DNA from: Chlorokybus atmophyticus
Taxonomy: Eukaryota > Plantae > Mesostigma and Chlorokybus algae
Length of the DNA: 64,000 nt
Direction: 5' to 3'
NCBI GenBank assembly: GCA_009103225.1
Contig: RHPI01001116.1
Location: 763,267-827,266, forward strand
Within the stretch, counting starts at the first letter, position 1; each line of letters starts with the position of its first letter. The notes beneath the pieces are model-generated. The model was not told where the DNA came from, made no database searches, and worked only from the letters and a program-made list of their open reading frames with translations. Shown here piece by piece: positions 1-13,460 of this stretch. The translations under genes were made by a program, and so were the position numbers.

Positions 1-441
1 GTGTCAACAAGGAGGATATGCGCTGTGTGCCACCTCCTTCCTGACAGAAAAGACTCTCTGGCGATTATAGAATGCAAGCATCACAATTGTAAGCTGGAAT
101 ACGGGATTGGTTGCAATGACTGCATGTCAGAGTGTGTATTGGGTAGACAGCTACACCTGCCAATAAACCATTGCATATGCACGCTGTAGTGTGTGCATGG
201 TAATTGCATGCACGAAGCATCAGTGACCAGCTGGAGTTACATGTACAAACGCAAGCAGTGACATGCAGACTAAGATGCGGGGCTGTGCACAGCCTTCCGT
301 GACCCACGTCACGTTTTTTAGGTTGTGGAATTTCTTCACGAGGTGTGTGTAGTACAAGAACCACCTGCTAATTATGTACATGTTCGAGTGTTGATCCAGT
401 GACCACCCTTCAGCTATGGCCAGCTACCAGCCCTGACATTA

Positions 442-2009
442 CTACCCGTATGACCTGCCGTCCGCCCGCTTCTGCCCTTGAATTGTGATGCATACTTGGC
501 GAGGACCTCCGTAGTTGCGGTGCTCATTGAGGTACAATCCCTGCAAGCCAGCACCCAGACAATAAGCGACCACTCAATGACTGTCATCTGCACCCGTCCC
601 CAAGCAACGTCATGCCTATGCCTGGTCGACATCAAACCCTTGTGCACATTGTGGTTAGTATTAACGGGTTTAGGTGGATCAGGCTTAGTCATGACACTGA
701 TAACCACAGCGTGCTTGTTGAAGTCATGACTACGCCTTGGTTGTGGACGACGCATAGTCACAACACCAACCATCATAAGTATTAACGGGTTTGGGTGGAT
801 CAGGCTTAGTCATGACGCTAATAACCACAGCGTGCTTGTTAATGTCAAGACTACGCCTTGGTTGTGGACGACGCATAGTCACAACACCATCCATCATACT
901 GTCTGGTTGATATGCACAGTGGCTACACAAGGCATAGGCAGCAGGCAATCAAGTACCTGCCAAGTCCCAAGGTTCAGGCGGCCACTGCTGATGGGAATGG
1001 TGAGTGAGGCGCCCATAAGAGACGACTTGACGTGAGCTGGCATGTCATCGAGACCTTCGTCTAGATGTCTGTAGTGGTTGCCCTGAATGTATACCCAGAT
1101 AGGGTTAAGGTTGTGAGCAATCCCACAGCGGCATTGATGTAGTTACCTCTGGAACAATCTTGTCAAGGGAGTCTGCCAGGTCCAGCGGTACGTCCGGGCT
1201 TGCATTCTCGTTGATTGTAAGGCTTGCGGAAGTGTGAAGCACTGCACAAGAATACATGCTTATAACTTGCATCATGAATGGCACACAGTTCTGCACTCTG
1301 TGTAAATGAACACTGCGCACACGCCACACACATGTTCACATTGGGGGGGCAAATTCGCTGCCTACCGAAGAAGTTGGCCAAGCCGATTTCAAACTCTCGC
1401 AGCTCCGGGAGCTGTGCAAGAATGGGTCTTGTGATTACGTGGCAACCTCTGTCACACACGCATGGGGGGGTAAAGCGTGATGCTTGCATGCACTTGAATG
1501 CAGTCAACTGTCAACCCATTCAGCCAGCCAACGCTGAGTACCGAGTACATGTTCACCAGAACAGGACAGAAGCTACTACTTGCAAAGCCCTGGAATGAAG
1601 CAAAGGAGTACATCTGGCGCTGGACGCATACCGTTTGTAAGCAGGCAGCGTGATGGTTTTCTGAAACCACTGCGTGCCGGTGGTGGAGGGCACGGCTCCG
1701 CTGATAGACGCTGCGTTGCACTGGGCCCCGCCACCTGTCATCCGTCTTGCTTTGATCAGGTGCTTCACCTACGCGTGAGGTTGCCACATCATACATCACG
1801 ACTCAAGCTAAACTGACAGCATGCATGCTTGTGCAGCAAACCAAGCCACGCATGCAAGCACTGACCCTCAGCTGACTCCCGCCAACCACTGACACCTTCT
1901 CCGGCAACGCTGGCCTGACAAACGCAACACCCAAGAGCGCCCGAGACGACGACAACGACAACTCCCCTGCCACCGACACCCTCCCCACCACCGCCGCCGC
2001 CACCGCCAT
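442..2009 (-). CDS. yjbQ: UPF0047/YjbQ-family (secondary thiamine-phosphate synthase-like) protein, multi-exon, with probable plastid transit peptide
   Basis: Spliced exons read [28 protein letters not shown] | [32 protein letters not shown] | [42 protein letters not shown] | [23 protein letters not shown]...SYG*. These are UPF0047 hallmark motifs, with GT-AG junctions where checked. ATG at 2009 begins an Ala/Ser/Val/Arg-rich N-terminus ([26 protein letters not shown]). Confidence 0.9.
657..898. repeat. Tandem duplication, 2 x 121 bp, in the last intron of the YjbQ-like gene
   Basis: AGTATTAACGGGTTT(A/G)GGTGGATCAGGCTTAGTCATGAC...CATCATA starts at 657 and again at 778, with scattered substitutions. 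Confidence 0.9.
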
Positions 2010-2544
2010 CAGCGTCACAGTTGTGTCGGCAAATTGTGTGACGCTGATACTGCCGGCACTAGCGTGACGCTGACGCGCGTGACAAACACATCGAGTCAAA
2101 ATGATTGTGTAGACGCATTTGGCACGCGACGCTTTCTCGGCTCAGGCCAGAAGCGTGACGTGCTTGATAGCCTAGCACGGTGTCAAGTGATGTTCCAGCA
2201 TTGCAAAAATATTTCACCGCTCTAAGCCTGCCAGCTGTCGGCGTGGCCGTGGAGGAGGTCGGCGGAGGCAGAGGGAAGGGCGGTGGTGTGGACTGGGGCG
2301 TGGGTGGAGGCGCGAGAGGTGGTCATGGAGCGTGGAGCTGGCTACTTGGCTTGGTGGGGGCGGCCTGGATCTGCGAGGCGTTGTGTGGAGCGGAGTGAGC
2401 GGTAGTTGACTGTAGTGCACAGTGAGCATAAGGGGGGTTATGTTATGCAACCTGTGACCTTCACGGCGACGCCGCCGTTGACCGTCAGGACAACGACGAC
2501 ACCGACGTCGAAGACCACGCCGTCGACGCCTGTCTGCTGAGACG

Positions 2545-5500
2545 ATGGTTGGATGCTTCGACGCGTTTAGTTCCAAGCGTCAGCGGAAGAGGGCCGCTAC
2601 TGACACCGCTAAAGGTTACTGCCGCTAGCTGATGCCTGTGCAGAATTTTGAGTTGTTGGCTGAACATATTTACAACACTGATGTGAGCAATCAACCAATC
2701 AATCCGCTATTCAAGCCCCACACCACCCTAACACTACAGCCATCAGACGACAATATCTCGACGTTTCTTGCTTTCGTGATCGATCAAATCTTGGACTTGA
2801 CATGTGGTTGGAAAATCAATCTAGCTTGTTGCGTTTCTTGCTGCAGCCGCTGTTGGCGTGTCGCTAAGAGACGCCGACAAGGATGGTGATCTTGAGGAGT
2901 GGGCCTCGTACTGGAGGGGCTGGAGGCCGGTCCATGCCACCCTACATTCTGGCGTTTTGTTTGTAACCAAGTTGCACAAGGAGGGAGATGCGTCGCGAAC
3001 CTCCACGCGCATTGACCTGCAGGTCAAACTTGAGTCAGTCACACACATCACAATCTGCGCATGGCTTCTCTTGGTTTAAACGTGTCGCGCAAGGCCAGGG
3101 GCATTCTGGCAGTGTGCACAGATTACATAACATGTTCCTGGGCTAGTCATCAAGGTTGGGAGGGGTTGTGTGACTCGTTTCTGTGATGAGCAGGCCTGCG
3201 CGATTGTCAGTGGCGCCAACACTGTTGACGATGCCTCACGGTTTACGCTTGACAATGGTATTGATGTGTACCACTTTCGCACTGCAACTCCGGTAAGTCA
3301 TCAAGGAATGGTGGTCCACGTGTGTAATGTTGTAGACTCGTGTAGAGGTTCGATGTATGTCTGTTGTGCATCAGGAAGCAAGGGAGGAATGGCTAGCAGC
3401 TCTAAACCAGACAAAGCATTACTATGACCAGCTGGTGTTGCGCTCAAAACCTACAAGTCACGACAGAGGAGTCTTGAACACACTTTCAGGTACAACGAGG
3501 GTCATGCAGGCGTCATAGTGCACCCCCTTAGCATGAGTCCATGCACGCTAACTACAGCATCTATGGGAAGGTAATTAGCCAGGGTCCGCAGCACAGTGAG
3601 CAACAAGAAACACCCACTAACAAATACCTGCAGCTGACGTATGTGATGCACCATCATATGGGTACATTGGCTCTCGTGCATGTCCGTCTGGCATGACGGT
3701 TGCAAGCGACCAGAAGTGGTCTTACACGCTGAGGTCCAAGTGGCAATCACTTGCCATTGAGCTGCAGTGTGCACCGGTGGCATTGGTTCAACTCAGCATC
3801 TGTTCGCATGTAATGTACTTGACAAAACCGCTCGTTTTGAGATGGCGATTGTTTGCGAAAAGCAAGTTACATAGTGATACACAAGTCAGAGTTTCTCCGC
3901 ATCGTAGGGCATGTTGAGCTGCGTACAAATCAGAGTTCCTTCATGGTTAGGCAGGTTGTGAAGCTGATGATATCTCGCTGTGTTGTGTATGTTATGCGAA
4001 AACTCCATCCTTTTTTATAGGAAGGCAGTCCTCAGGTCAGATTGTGCCATCCCACCAGTTAGCACACAGGGTATCAGGTATCGCAAATTTGTTGACAAGT
4101 CGCTATGTTGCATGTGCTGTAAACGCAATCCGCACGATCTTAGGTGGATTAGTGTAGCCGTCACATGTGCAGAGTGTGAGGATGGTGTGATGGGTTGGGT
4201 ATTGTTTGCTGCATTCAACACATTTACAGCGATGTTGTAACAACCTGACAGTCAGACCTATTCATGTGGCACATGGACGGTCTGACTGTCAGGTTGTTAC
4301 TACAACGCTATATTGTACTTTACTTTGTTGCTGTGTTGCGGGGGCCTAATTAAAGTTTCAATCTGCTGGGTTCATGGTTGCTTTCTTGTGCAGGTGCTAC
4401 CTATGGGCAGACCACCACACTTTGGTACGATGCCCAAGATAAGTTGAGCCACAACCCCTCCATGTCCTCGCCGATTGCAGATCTGAACACATCCACCAGC
4501 AAGTACGAGTCTCTACTGGCAGAGTTGATACGCCTCCGCGAACGCCTGCAACGAGCCGACATGGCGACACTGGCGCGCGTAGAACGTCTGCTGGGTCGAT
4601 ATGGCAGCGGGGACTGGTCCACTCCGTTGGATGGCGCATCTAATCCAGGCCTGTTAGGTAAGGCTTGTTGCAACTCGTGCAGTAGTTTCCTTGCCATGGC
4701 TGCCTCTATTGCGGAGGGTCCTGCAGTAGGCTGTGATGTTGCGTAAGTCCACACTGTGGTTGCTATGGCACTTGTTCTTGTGAATGTACTGCTTGCCATA
4801 TGTCGCAAAGGAGCATACTTCCCATTGCCACAGTGCCACTCACCAGATTGGTACCTTGCTACAGGTGTTGTTTCACTTGCTCTCAACGTGTTGACCTGCG
4901 ACGGAGCGGATCATGCTCATTGCACTGTGCGTATCACCGAGCTAGAGAATAAAAATGAGCAGTTGAAAAAACGAATCCTTCAACTGGAGCGCCAGTTGGG
5001 ATATGCAGAGCATAGCAACCCCTCTCCTCATATCAAAGATCCTCTGGATCACCAAGTTGGTGAGCATTGCATTCGCTGCCATGTTGTTCTGAAGTTATCT
5101 GTTAGCAGTTGTGCACGGCACTGTAGGAAGCGTATGTGCAAATGCAGGTGTGGTTTGCATCTTGTTGGTATCAGTATCAACATGCTACACATTGCCATGC
5201 AGTGTCACTACGGGAAGCACCAGACTCCAATGGAGGCTGGCAAATTCTGGAAGAGATGCCGTCCATCTCGACACAGAAACCAAGGCGCTTGCGATTGCCG
5301 TACATGGCAGGCAGTCCTCCAAAAGCTTCCATCTGGTGAGTTGAGACTGTGGATACACAGTGTAACATGAATAAATGAGGTGGCTTTGCACTTGCAAAAA
5401 CGCTTGCATACTCATGATTTCCTCCCGTTATGTGTACCAGGTCCGCTTTGAAGGACTGCATTGGCAAGGATTTGACAAAAATCAGCTTGCCAGTGACGTT

Positions 5501-7115
5501 CAACGAGCCACTGACTTTGCTGCAGCGTAGTATGGAGGATTTGGAGTATCACTGGCTGTTGGATGCGGCAGCACAGGAAGATGACCCAATACAAAGACTC
5601 GTGTACATTGGCATTTTCTCCGTCAGTTTCTATTCCAGCATGGAGAGGCGACTCGGGAAGCCCTTCAACCCGCTGCTTGGTGAAACTTTTGAGTACGAAG
5701 ATTCTGACCGCAAACTGAAGTATATATCAGAGCAGGTCATACTCGCAATGCACACTTCTTCAGTGACATGGTGTCTGCGTTGTAGCCTGGTGCATCCTGT
5801 GTGTGTAGCTTGGGTGAGTGAGCTTCTGATGTTCAAGTGCCACTGCTGCAGGTGAGCCACCACCCGCCTATCTCTGCAGCGCACTGCCACGGGAACGGTT
5901 GGGATTGGAGCAGTTCCCTCCTCTTCAAAACAGCATTCTGGGGCAAGTCCGCAGAGCTCATACCCAAGGGTTGTGTGCGCGTCGCCATTCCGCGGTACAA
6001 TGAGGTGTACACATGGCAAAAGGTATGGTAGAAGAACACATATTGTGTTGGTTGTTGTAATGTCAGCAACCATTGGCCAGTGTAACTGATCTGGGGTTTG
6101 TGCGCCTCAGGCAACATCCTGCATGCACAATGTGATTTTCGGCACGATGTGGCTTGAGCATTATGGCGAGATTGTTGTGACCAGTCAAACGACCGGCTGT
6201 AAGGCACAGATGCGCCTTCACAAAGGCAGCGGCGATCGTTTCGCTCGCGTCACCGCCAATATACTTGGTGTGCAATTGTTGAACCACCGGTTGAGTGCAG
6301 CTTTTTCAGTAAAGAAAATCGCGCAGTCGACTGAAATATGCACTTTCTTGTGTGTTGGCAGACGCACAAGGTGAAGCAGTGCGCACACTTTGGGGCAACT
6401 GGAACCAAGTCATCTTTGAGGGTCCTGAGCCGGGTAGCAATGCTCTATCAAGGCTCTCCACCATGTCTTCTGCATCCAAGCTCTCTATCCTGCCTTCTAC
6501 AAGCAGGCTCACAACAGCGTTATCCGCCCAGTCACTTCTTGACTGCGCCCAGGCATCGAGCATGCAGCCCCATGAGGTACGGCCATTGTCGACATCTCTC
6601 TTGCAGGTTGATAGCATCAGTCTTTGTTAGCGGTTCTCAGGTTATCGTGGGTGTTCTTGACTGTAGGTTTGGCGTAAGAACCCGCCGCCTTCTGACCCGC
6701 GAGCCTCGCACTATCGCATGACAGAGTTTGCTGTCACGCTCAACGAGCCAGATGCCGATGTGGCACCCACAGGTTGGTATTGACATCTATTTTGGTGGCT
6801 TGAAACGAACTGGCTTGCATAGTATTACCAGATGCTGATCACATTGCTGATCATTCACATGCAGACTCGCGCTGGCGCCCTGATGTGCGTGCCATGGATG
6901 ATGGCGATTATGATAAGTCAGAGTCGGAGAAGAGGAGGTTGGAGGTGAAGCAGCGTTCAAGACGAACGCAAAGCAAAGCCGCGCACACTCCGCTCTGGTT
7001 TGCTGTTGACCCTCAGCGGGTGTCCGAAACGGACCTTGGCTGGGTCTACGGCGGGGAGTACTTCACAGCCAAGGCTCAACAGTTTGCAGATACCACTTTT
7101 CCAGATCTATACTAG
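2545..7115 (+). CDS. Oxysterol-binding protein-related protein (PH domain + coiled coil + OSBP domain), multi-exon
   Basis: Exon 1 MVGCFDAFSSKRQRKRAATDTAK splices in frame to the PH-like GDLEEWASYWRGWRPVHATLHSGVLFV. OSBP motifs: LKDCIGKDLTKISLPVTFNEPLTLLQRSMEDLEY, KPFNPLLGETFE, EQVSHHPPISA, DSRWRPDVRAM..GDYDKSESEKRRLEVKQR. Stop at 7113-7115. Middle exons (3300-4400) were not fully resolved. Confidence 0.93.
4237..4300. repeat. Perfect 22-bp inverted repeat (hairpin) in an ORP intron
   Basis: GTAACAACCTGACAGTCAGACC (4237-4258) and GGTCTGACTGTCAGGTTGTTAC (4279-4300). The 20-nt loop contains a further CATGTG/CACATG stem. Confidence 0.9.
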
Positions 7116-8656
7116 ACTAGGCGTAAGATCATTTCATGTGTTGCGATTGAACTGGCTTGAACTGGCTAGCATTGGTGATTGCCGTCTGACGGCACTTTTA
7201 GGGCACACACTGTGATTTTAATTCGTTGGGAAGGGGAATTGCACTTGGCACCCTCCATCTGCACATGGTTCCTGTGCCTCATTCTTGCTTGCAATAGAAC
7301 ACCTGTGTGCAGGTTTGCTTAACTTGTGTTTAGGCTCGCTTTATGACCACCTTGTGTATCACCTCTGGCGTTAGGGTTGGTTGCGGTGCACATGCCCACA
7401 TAGTAGTAGTGTGGGCATGGTTGGGTGCCGCCACATCATGTGGTTGGCATTGCATGTTCACGTTATTTTGCATGTGCGAGTCCCTCCTTGCATCTTTTGT
7501 ATGCACGCACTTGCATTGCACGTAAGATAGTGGTTGACAGGGCACTGTGTAAACTATTCCCCCTAGTCATGTTTATGCCGGTGTGTATGTGCTTGTGCCT
7601 ATTGCTACATGTAGTGTTGTGCTCTGTGGGTTAGCTTAGCACAATTGCATGTGTCTCATACCATATACACCCCATTGGTTTTTGCATTTGATGCAAATAC
7701 AGCCCCCATAGCATGTTCGCAACACACACAACCCACTACCAATCCCACTCGCCACGCCTTGCCTTGCTGTCGCTGCTGCATTGCTGCTGTGGTGGAAGTC
7801 CTGGACCCACTGGCTTGAACTACCGGCATCTATTGCTGCAGGTTTGTGCACAGTTGCTTTGCCATCCTCCCTGCCTCTCCCATCCCTCCGCCCCACTCAC
7901 ATGCACTTGATTGGCACAACGTTAGCTTGTAAACCCCTGGTGGAATAGGAGTCCCCCTGCTTGTGCCTTGTTGCTGTGTCCTATGCTATGCATCTGCCAC
8001 TCAGATAAGCCTTTTTAGGGATGTAATTTGGCACCTGTTTAGCAATTAACAAATTGTATTAACTGTATGTCGCTGAACCCTATCATCCAAACACAACAAC
8101 AATATGTCGACACCAGTGTCTAATGCAATTAATTAGCGCTTATCTGCATAACATGCTGAACATTACGTGTATGTTGGGCATGTCATGTGGCATGGTATAT
8201 GAGATAATATAATATTACATAACATTATCATACACAATTTTGGCCAGTGTTATACGTTATGTTATTATATGTGCAAATGTACATAATTTGCACATACAAA
8301 TGTACACACAGATGTACATAATACAAATCATGCGCTGCATGTGGCGATGAGCCACAAGCGCTTTTATGCACGCGTTTAGACTTTAACATCTCATTAATGA
8401 CAAATCATTAATGTACATGCTTCCTCGTTGCATACACGGCATGTGAACGTGCACATATTTATGCATGCTATGCTAACATCATGCTATATCTATCATGCAG
8501 CAAAAGCCCTCATACGCTTGTTGTATCATATACATTGACTGCACCATAACGCATCAACTGCAACCACAGTGCACGAGATCTACTAGGTGTACCATTAATG
8601 CTGATTGCTCAATAGTATTACCGTGTTACACGAAGAAGAGAAGCCCCCCCCCCCCC

Positions 8657-8991
8657 NNNNNNNNNNNNNNNNNNNNNNNNNNNNNNNNNNNNNNNNNNNN
8701 NNNNNNNNNNNNNNNNNNNNNNNNNNNNNNNNNNNNNNNNNNNNNNNNNNNNNNNNNNNNNNNNNNNNNNNNNNNNNNNNNNNNNNNNNNNNNNNNNNNN
8801 NNNNNNNNNNNNNNNNNNNNNNNNNNNNNNNNNNNNNNNNNNNNNNNNNNNNNNNNNNNNNNNNNNNNNNNNNNNNNNNNNNNNNNNNNNNNNNNNNNNN
8901 NNNNNNNNNNNNNNNNNNNNNNNNNNNNNNNNNNNNNNNNNNNNNNNNNNNNNNNNNNNNNNNNNNNNNNNNNNNNNNNNNNNNNNNNNNN
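8657..8991. other. Assembly gap (335 N) flanked by poly-C on both sides
   Basis: Run of N between C homopolymers. Confidence 1.
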
Positions 8992-9553
8992 NCCCCCCCC
9001 CCCCCCCCCGCCTGCTGTTGCAGCGTTAATCCACCCATTCCACTGTAAGTCAATTTATGCAACGCATAATGCTACTCGCATCACATTATTTGATCCATAT
9101 ACCCAATATCGCATCGGATGAAGGAGGAATCGCCCCTGCGCATCCAGTCAGCAGATCCTCCATCGACGTGGATGCCCGTTACGCACTCTGGCTGAGCCCA
9201 AATAAACACAACCCCACAAAGCAGCTCTGATCATTGACGCCAAACCTCTTCACTGCGCGGCACAGCACAATACGACGATCAAATCAGGAATCCGAAGCTA
9301 TGCATGAAAGCTTTGTTTGGGGGGTGGGGGGAGATGTCACTGCATTCAGTAGGCTAGTAAGTATTGAATTCACTCGAGTGGGGACAGCGGAGCTAGCTAG
9401 CTCCCCCCAGCTCAGCTGGCAGTCAGCAGTGTGCTGTGCATCCTTGTACTAGGTCACAACACCTTCACTACCTGGCATTGAGCAGCTTCTGGCCTAGCCG
9501 CGGCGCGACCACATTTCGCCCGCGTCCTCCTCCACCTCCACCTCGTCATCGCC

Positions 9554-12500
9554 ATGCAGGACCAGTCCCAGGATCAGGAGCAGAGGGACGATGTGGGCAG
9601 CGGCGTGCGTCCCCGCCGGGAGTTCCTCGTGGGCACGGGGGTGTCCACGTGGCAGAACTCGGGGGATCCCAACCCCACCAACTGGACCAAGTTTATGAAA
9701 AGGAGGAGGTGAGAGAGTTCGTGGGGAGATTTATGTGGAAGTGACAAAAGATTGATCACTGGCACACAGTACGTCAGTGTGTGGGGCGGCATTATAACCT
9801 GGATGCGACTTTGGGCCGTTAGATGATGATGGCCCGGTGTTTTGAACCACTGAATGCGTAATGACATTGGCAATGCAGTGAGTACATGAGTGAATGAGGA
9901 CATAAAGTCGAGCAGTGCAGTGGATGCTTGCATTGTTTCAAGCAATGGCAATGCGGGCATGGCATTGGTGGTACACCTTGGGGCATGGCTTTGGTGCGAG
10001 GTTGAAGTGTGGTAGTAATGGCGCAGGGGCAATGCCGCATGAATTTTTGCAATATAACCCAGATGAATCAACAACACCCAATGCAGTGCAGTACGACGCG
10101 ACGCTTTGCGTCACATCGGCAGCATTTACTCCACCACCCATGCATGCAACATGTGTATGAAGGCTTTTGGGACATCGGCAGCACAGCTTGAGCACTTAAT
10201 GCGCAAAGGGGCACACAGAGACACTTCTGGCTCTGTGCAGATGAAAACCAATGTGATGCGCAATCAATAGTGACAATTCCTTGCACAGGTTCTTCGGTCT
10301 GGTGCCTGCCATTGACGGTGGCGACGCCATTGGCAAGTCCTGCGACTTCTGGAACAGGTGCGCCACACACTCACATTGCACACACACACATTGCACACGC
10401 ACACCTTGCACACGCCAGCGCGCACACGTGCATGCAAACACAGCCGTCTCGCGCATATCCCGTACACACATGCACATTGCTGCGTGTGTGTGCATTCGAC
10501 ACTGTGTCATTTCAGCAAACCAGTGCATTGTGTAGACATTCACACAACAACCACACCACAGGTATGAGGAGGACATCGAGCGCGCGCGTGCCCTCAACTC
10601 CACCTGCTTCCGCCTCTCCCTCGAATGGAGCCGACTCGAGCCCATCCCAGGAACATTCGACACCACCGCCGCCGCACAGTAAGCACCACAACAACCAACA
10701 TGCCACTCATACACCCACCCACACACTCTCTCTCTCTCTCTCTCTCCCTCCCAGTTTCGAGTCCATCATCCAGTGCATCCGTAGCAAAGGCATGGAGCCC
10801 ATCGTGACCCTGTCCCACTTCGTGTACCCGGCGTGGTGGTTCGCAGAGGGCGGGTGGGAGAAGGAGAGCAACGTACCGGCCTTTCTGAGATATGCGGAGT
10901 GGGCTGTGAGACGGTTCCAACACCTGGTAGGGACAAGGGGCTCAGTGCGTGCAACTATTGAGTGACTTACTATCGGCCTGCGTGTATACGCATGTGCAAT
11001 GCGTACGCGTATGTGCACACACTGACCCATGACCCGTGTACATGTGCACACCAACATGTGGACACTTACACATGGGGCATGCCAGCACCAATAACATGCA
11101 AGCATGCATTGAGATCTGTGTGAGCATGTGTGCATGCATGGACACCCATGTGTGCACATGTACATGGGTAGCGTAATAGATTATAACATTGTCGTTTCAA
11201 CATCAGGTGCGCGTCTGGACTACGATGAATGAGCCCGGCATTGTCACATTGGCGTGTTACGTGGGCGGCATCCACCCTCCCGGCGCACGCCTGAGGTGAC
11301 ACCGACACACACACACACACACGCACACACACACTTGTCAATGTGCAACACATCATCCCAACATGGCATGCCTAAAGCCCACAATCACCCAACTCCCTCT
11401 CTCACACAACAGGTTCCGCCGCGCCGCGCGGGTGTTCCAAAACCAACTCATCGCGCACGCACGCGCGTACCGCATCATCAAAGCTCTCCCTGGGGGCGAT
11501 GACTTGCAGGTTTGAGTTGTGTGGGATTGGCATGCTGGGTGTGATGGTGGTAATGCGGGACTGGGAGAGCACCAACATCAAGTTATGTGTCTCAGGTGGG
11601 TTTGGTGCACAACATGATGGAGTTCCAGGCCGCGTACGAGGACAGGTGGTACTCGGTGCTGGCGCGCAGGGCGGCCAAGTTTGCTAACAACAACTGGGGA
11701 ACGGAGGTGAGGGGGAAAGAGAAAATGCGTTGGAAGCATGTTGGGTGCGCATGTATGCCCCGTGCATCTACCACTGTGCACGCATGCTTGTGCGTGCATG
11801 TGTCTGCACGCGCGTGTCATTTGTGTGCGTGCGTCTGTGTGTGTCCAAGCTTGCATGCGTGTGTGTACGTGTGCGTGTGGATGTGTCTATGTGTTTTGTC
11901 AACCAACCAACACGAGCGCGTGTGTGTGTGCAGACGTTGATGCGGTTTGTGATGACGGGACAGTTTTACTACAAGATCCCCGTCGGCAGGAGGCAGGCGT
12001 ATCTGCTCGAGCCTGGCCGTCTGCCTCTCCTCGACTGGTTTGGACTCAACTACTACTCGCGCAACCTCATCAACCCACTCTGCCAGGCACGACACACACG
12101 GTCATGTGTTCTGCATCATCAGTAGAACAACATAGTGCTCATGTTGATGTTGATGTGACATTTGTGCTGTTGTGTGCAGCCTACTGCTGGTCCAGGTGAG
12201 AAGATGACGGACCTGCCTTATGCGATCCACCCGCAGGGGCTGTACAAGGCCATCAGGGAGGCATCCGCACTCAAGGTGAGTTGTTGCTGTTGTTGTTGTT
12301 GTTATTGTTGCCGTTGTTGTATAAGAGTGCGTGTACGTGCGCGCATGCGTGTGCGAGTGTAGGGAGGCTTGAGGTGGTGATGCAGTGGGGTTGTGTGTGC
12401 ATCAGGTGCCCATTTACATCACAGAGTCGGGTTGTCCGGACGCCAAGGACGACGGCAGGAGGAAAGAGTTCATCACAAGTTACCTGCAAGAGGTACTTTC

Positions 12501-13460
12501 GCATCCTTGATTCATTGAACCCAACTTTTGAACCTCATAGGCGTTTGTCCTAACGCATGTCAAATCAACCGCACGAGCAATGACGTACAGGTAGGTTAAC
12601 CTCCAAAGCCAGGAATGGCATAGCAAACCACTGTTGGCTTGCAAGGGATATGCAGAAGTTGAACTTGTAGCCTATGAATATGAATATCACCCAACAATCA
12701 ATGCTGCGCAGGTGGAGAAGGCTGTGTCGGATGGTTTCGACGTGCGCGGGTTTGTGTACTGGACCCTCACCGACAACTACGAATGGTGAGCACACCATTG
12801 CTCTCATCACCACCGTTGCAAACAATACCAGAACCAACAACATGCCTATGCTGATAGGAATACGGGTTACACAATCAAGTTTGGGTTGTACGAGTGGAAC
12901 AAAGAGAAGCCGGAGGAGAGGAAATTGCGCGAGGGCTCCAAAGCCATCATCAAAACTTACGAGGTGAGTGCTTGAGTTGAGTTGTGGTTGTGTTTGTGGT
13001 GATGAGCGGGGGGGTGCTGTGACGTGTGTGTTGATGTGTGTGCGCATAGGATGTGAGCAAGCGCGTAAACGATATCCGTGCCAGCCGCACGCTCCACACT
13101 GAAGGGGACCTTCCCATCGTCCCGTCTCCAACATGGCTCAAGGCAAGTGTGCATGCACACACAGACACGCACAGACACTCATGCGTGCAAGCACGCATAC
13201 TGACGCATGGGCGCATGCGCATGCACGTGCATACACATACAGAGGCATGTGTGTTCTTATGCGCACACACAATCAACCCACTCTCTTCCCCCCCCCTCCC
13301 CCTCCAGCCTCTTCCGGAAGAGTGGTTCCGTCCTAAGCGTCGTGTTGGCGCGGTGCGTTGGTTAATCACCGCGCTGCCCGTGGCGCTCGCCGGGCTGGTT
13401 GTCGCGGTTGTGCGCGGGAGAAGTGATGTGGAGAAGAGCAGACACGCCAAGATGGCGTGA
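9554..13460 (+). CDS. Glycoside hydrolase family 1 (beta-glucosidase-like) with C-terminal transmembrane segment, multi-exon
   Basis: Motifs: FLVGTGVSTWQNSGD, YEEDIERARALNSTCFRLSLEWSRLEP, VTLSHFVYPAW, acid/base WTTMNEP, FGLNYYSR, nucleophile PIYITESG, RGFVYWTLTDNYEW, KFGLYE. C-terminal hydrophobic stretch VRWLITALPVALAGLVVAVV is followed by basic residues. GT-AG junctions where checked. Confidence 0.93.

Noticed and set aside
1-400. Short ORFs at the window start
   Set aside because: No recognisable motif. Probably UTR or intergenic sequence, or the tail of a neighbouring gene.
8495-9121. ORFs of 147-208 aa
   Set aside because: They are open only because they run through the N gap.
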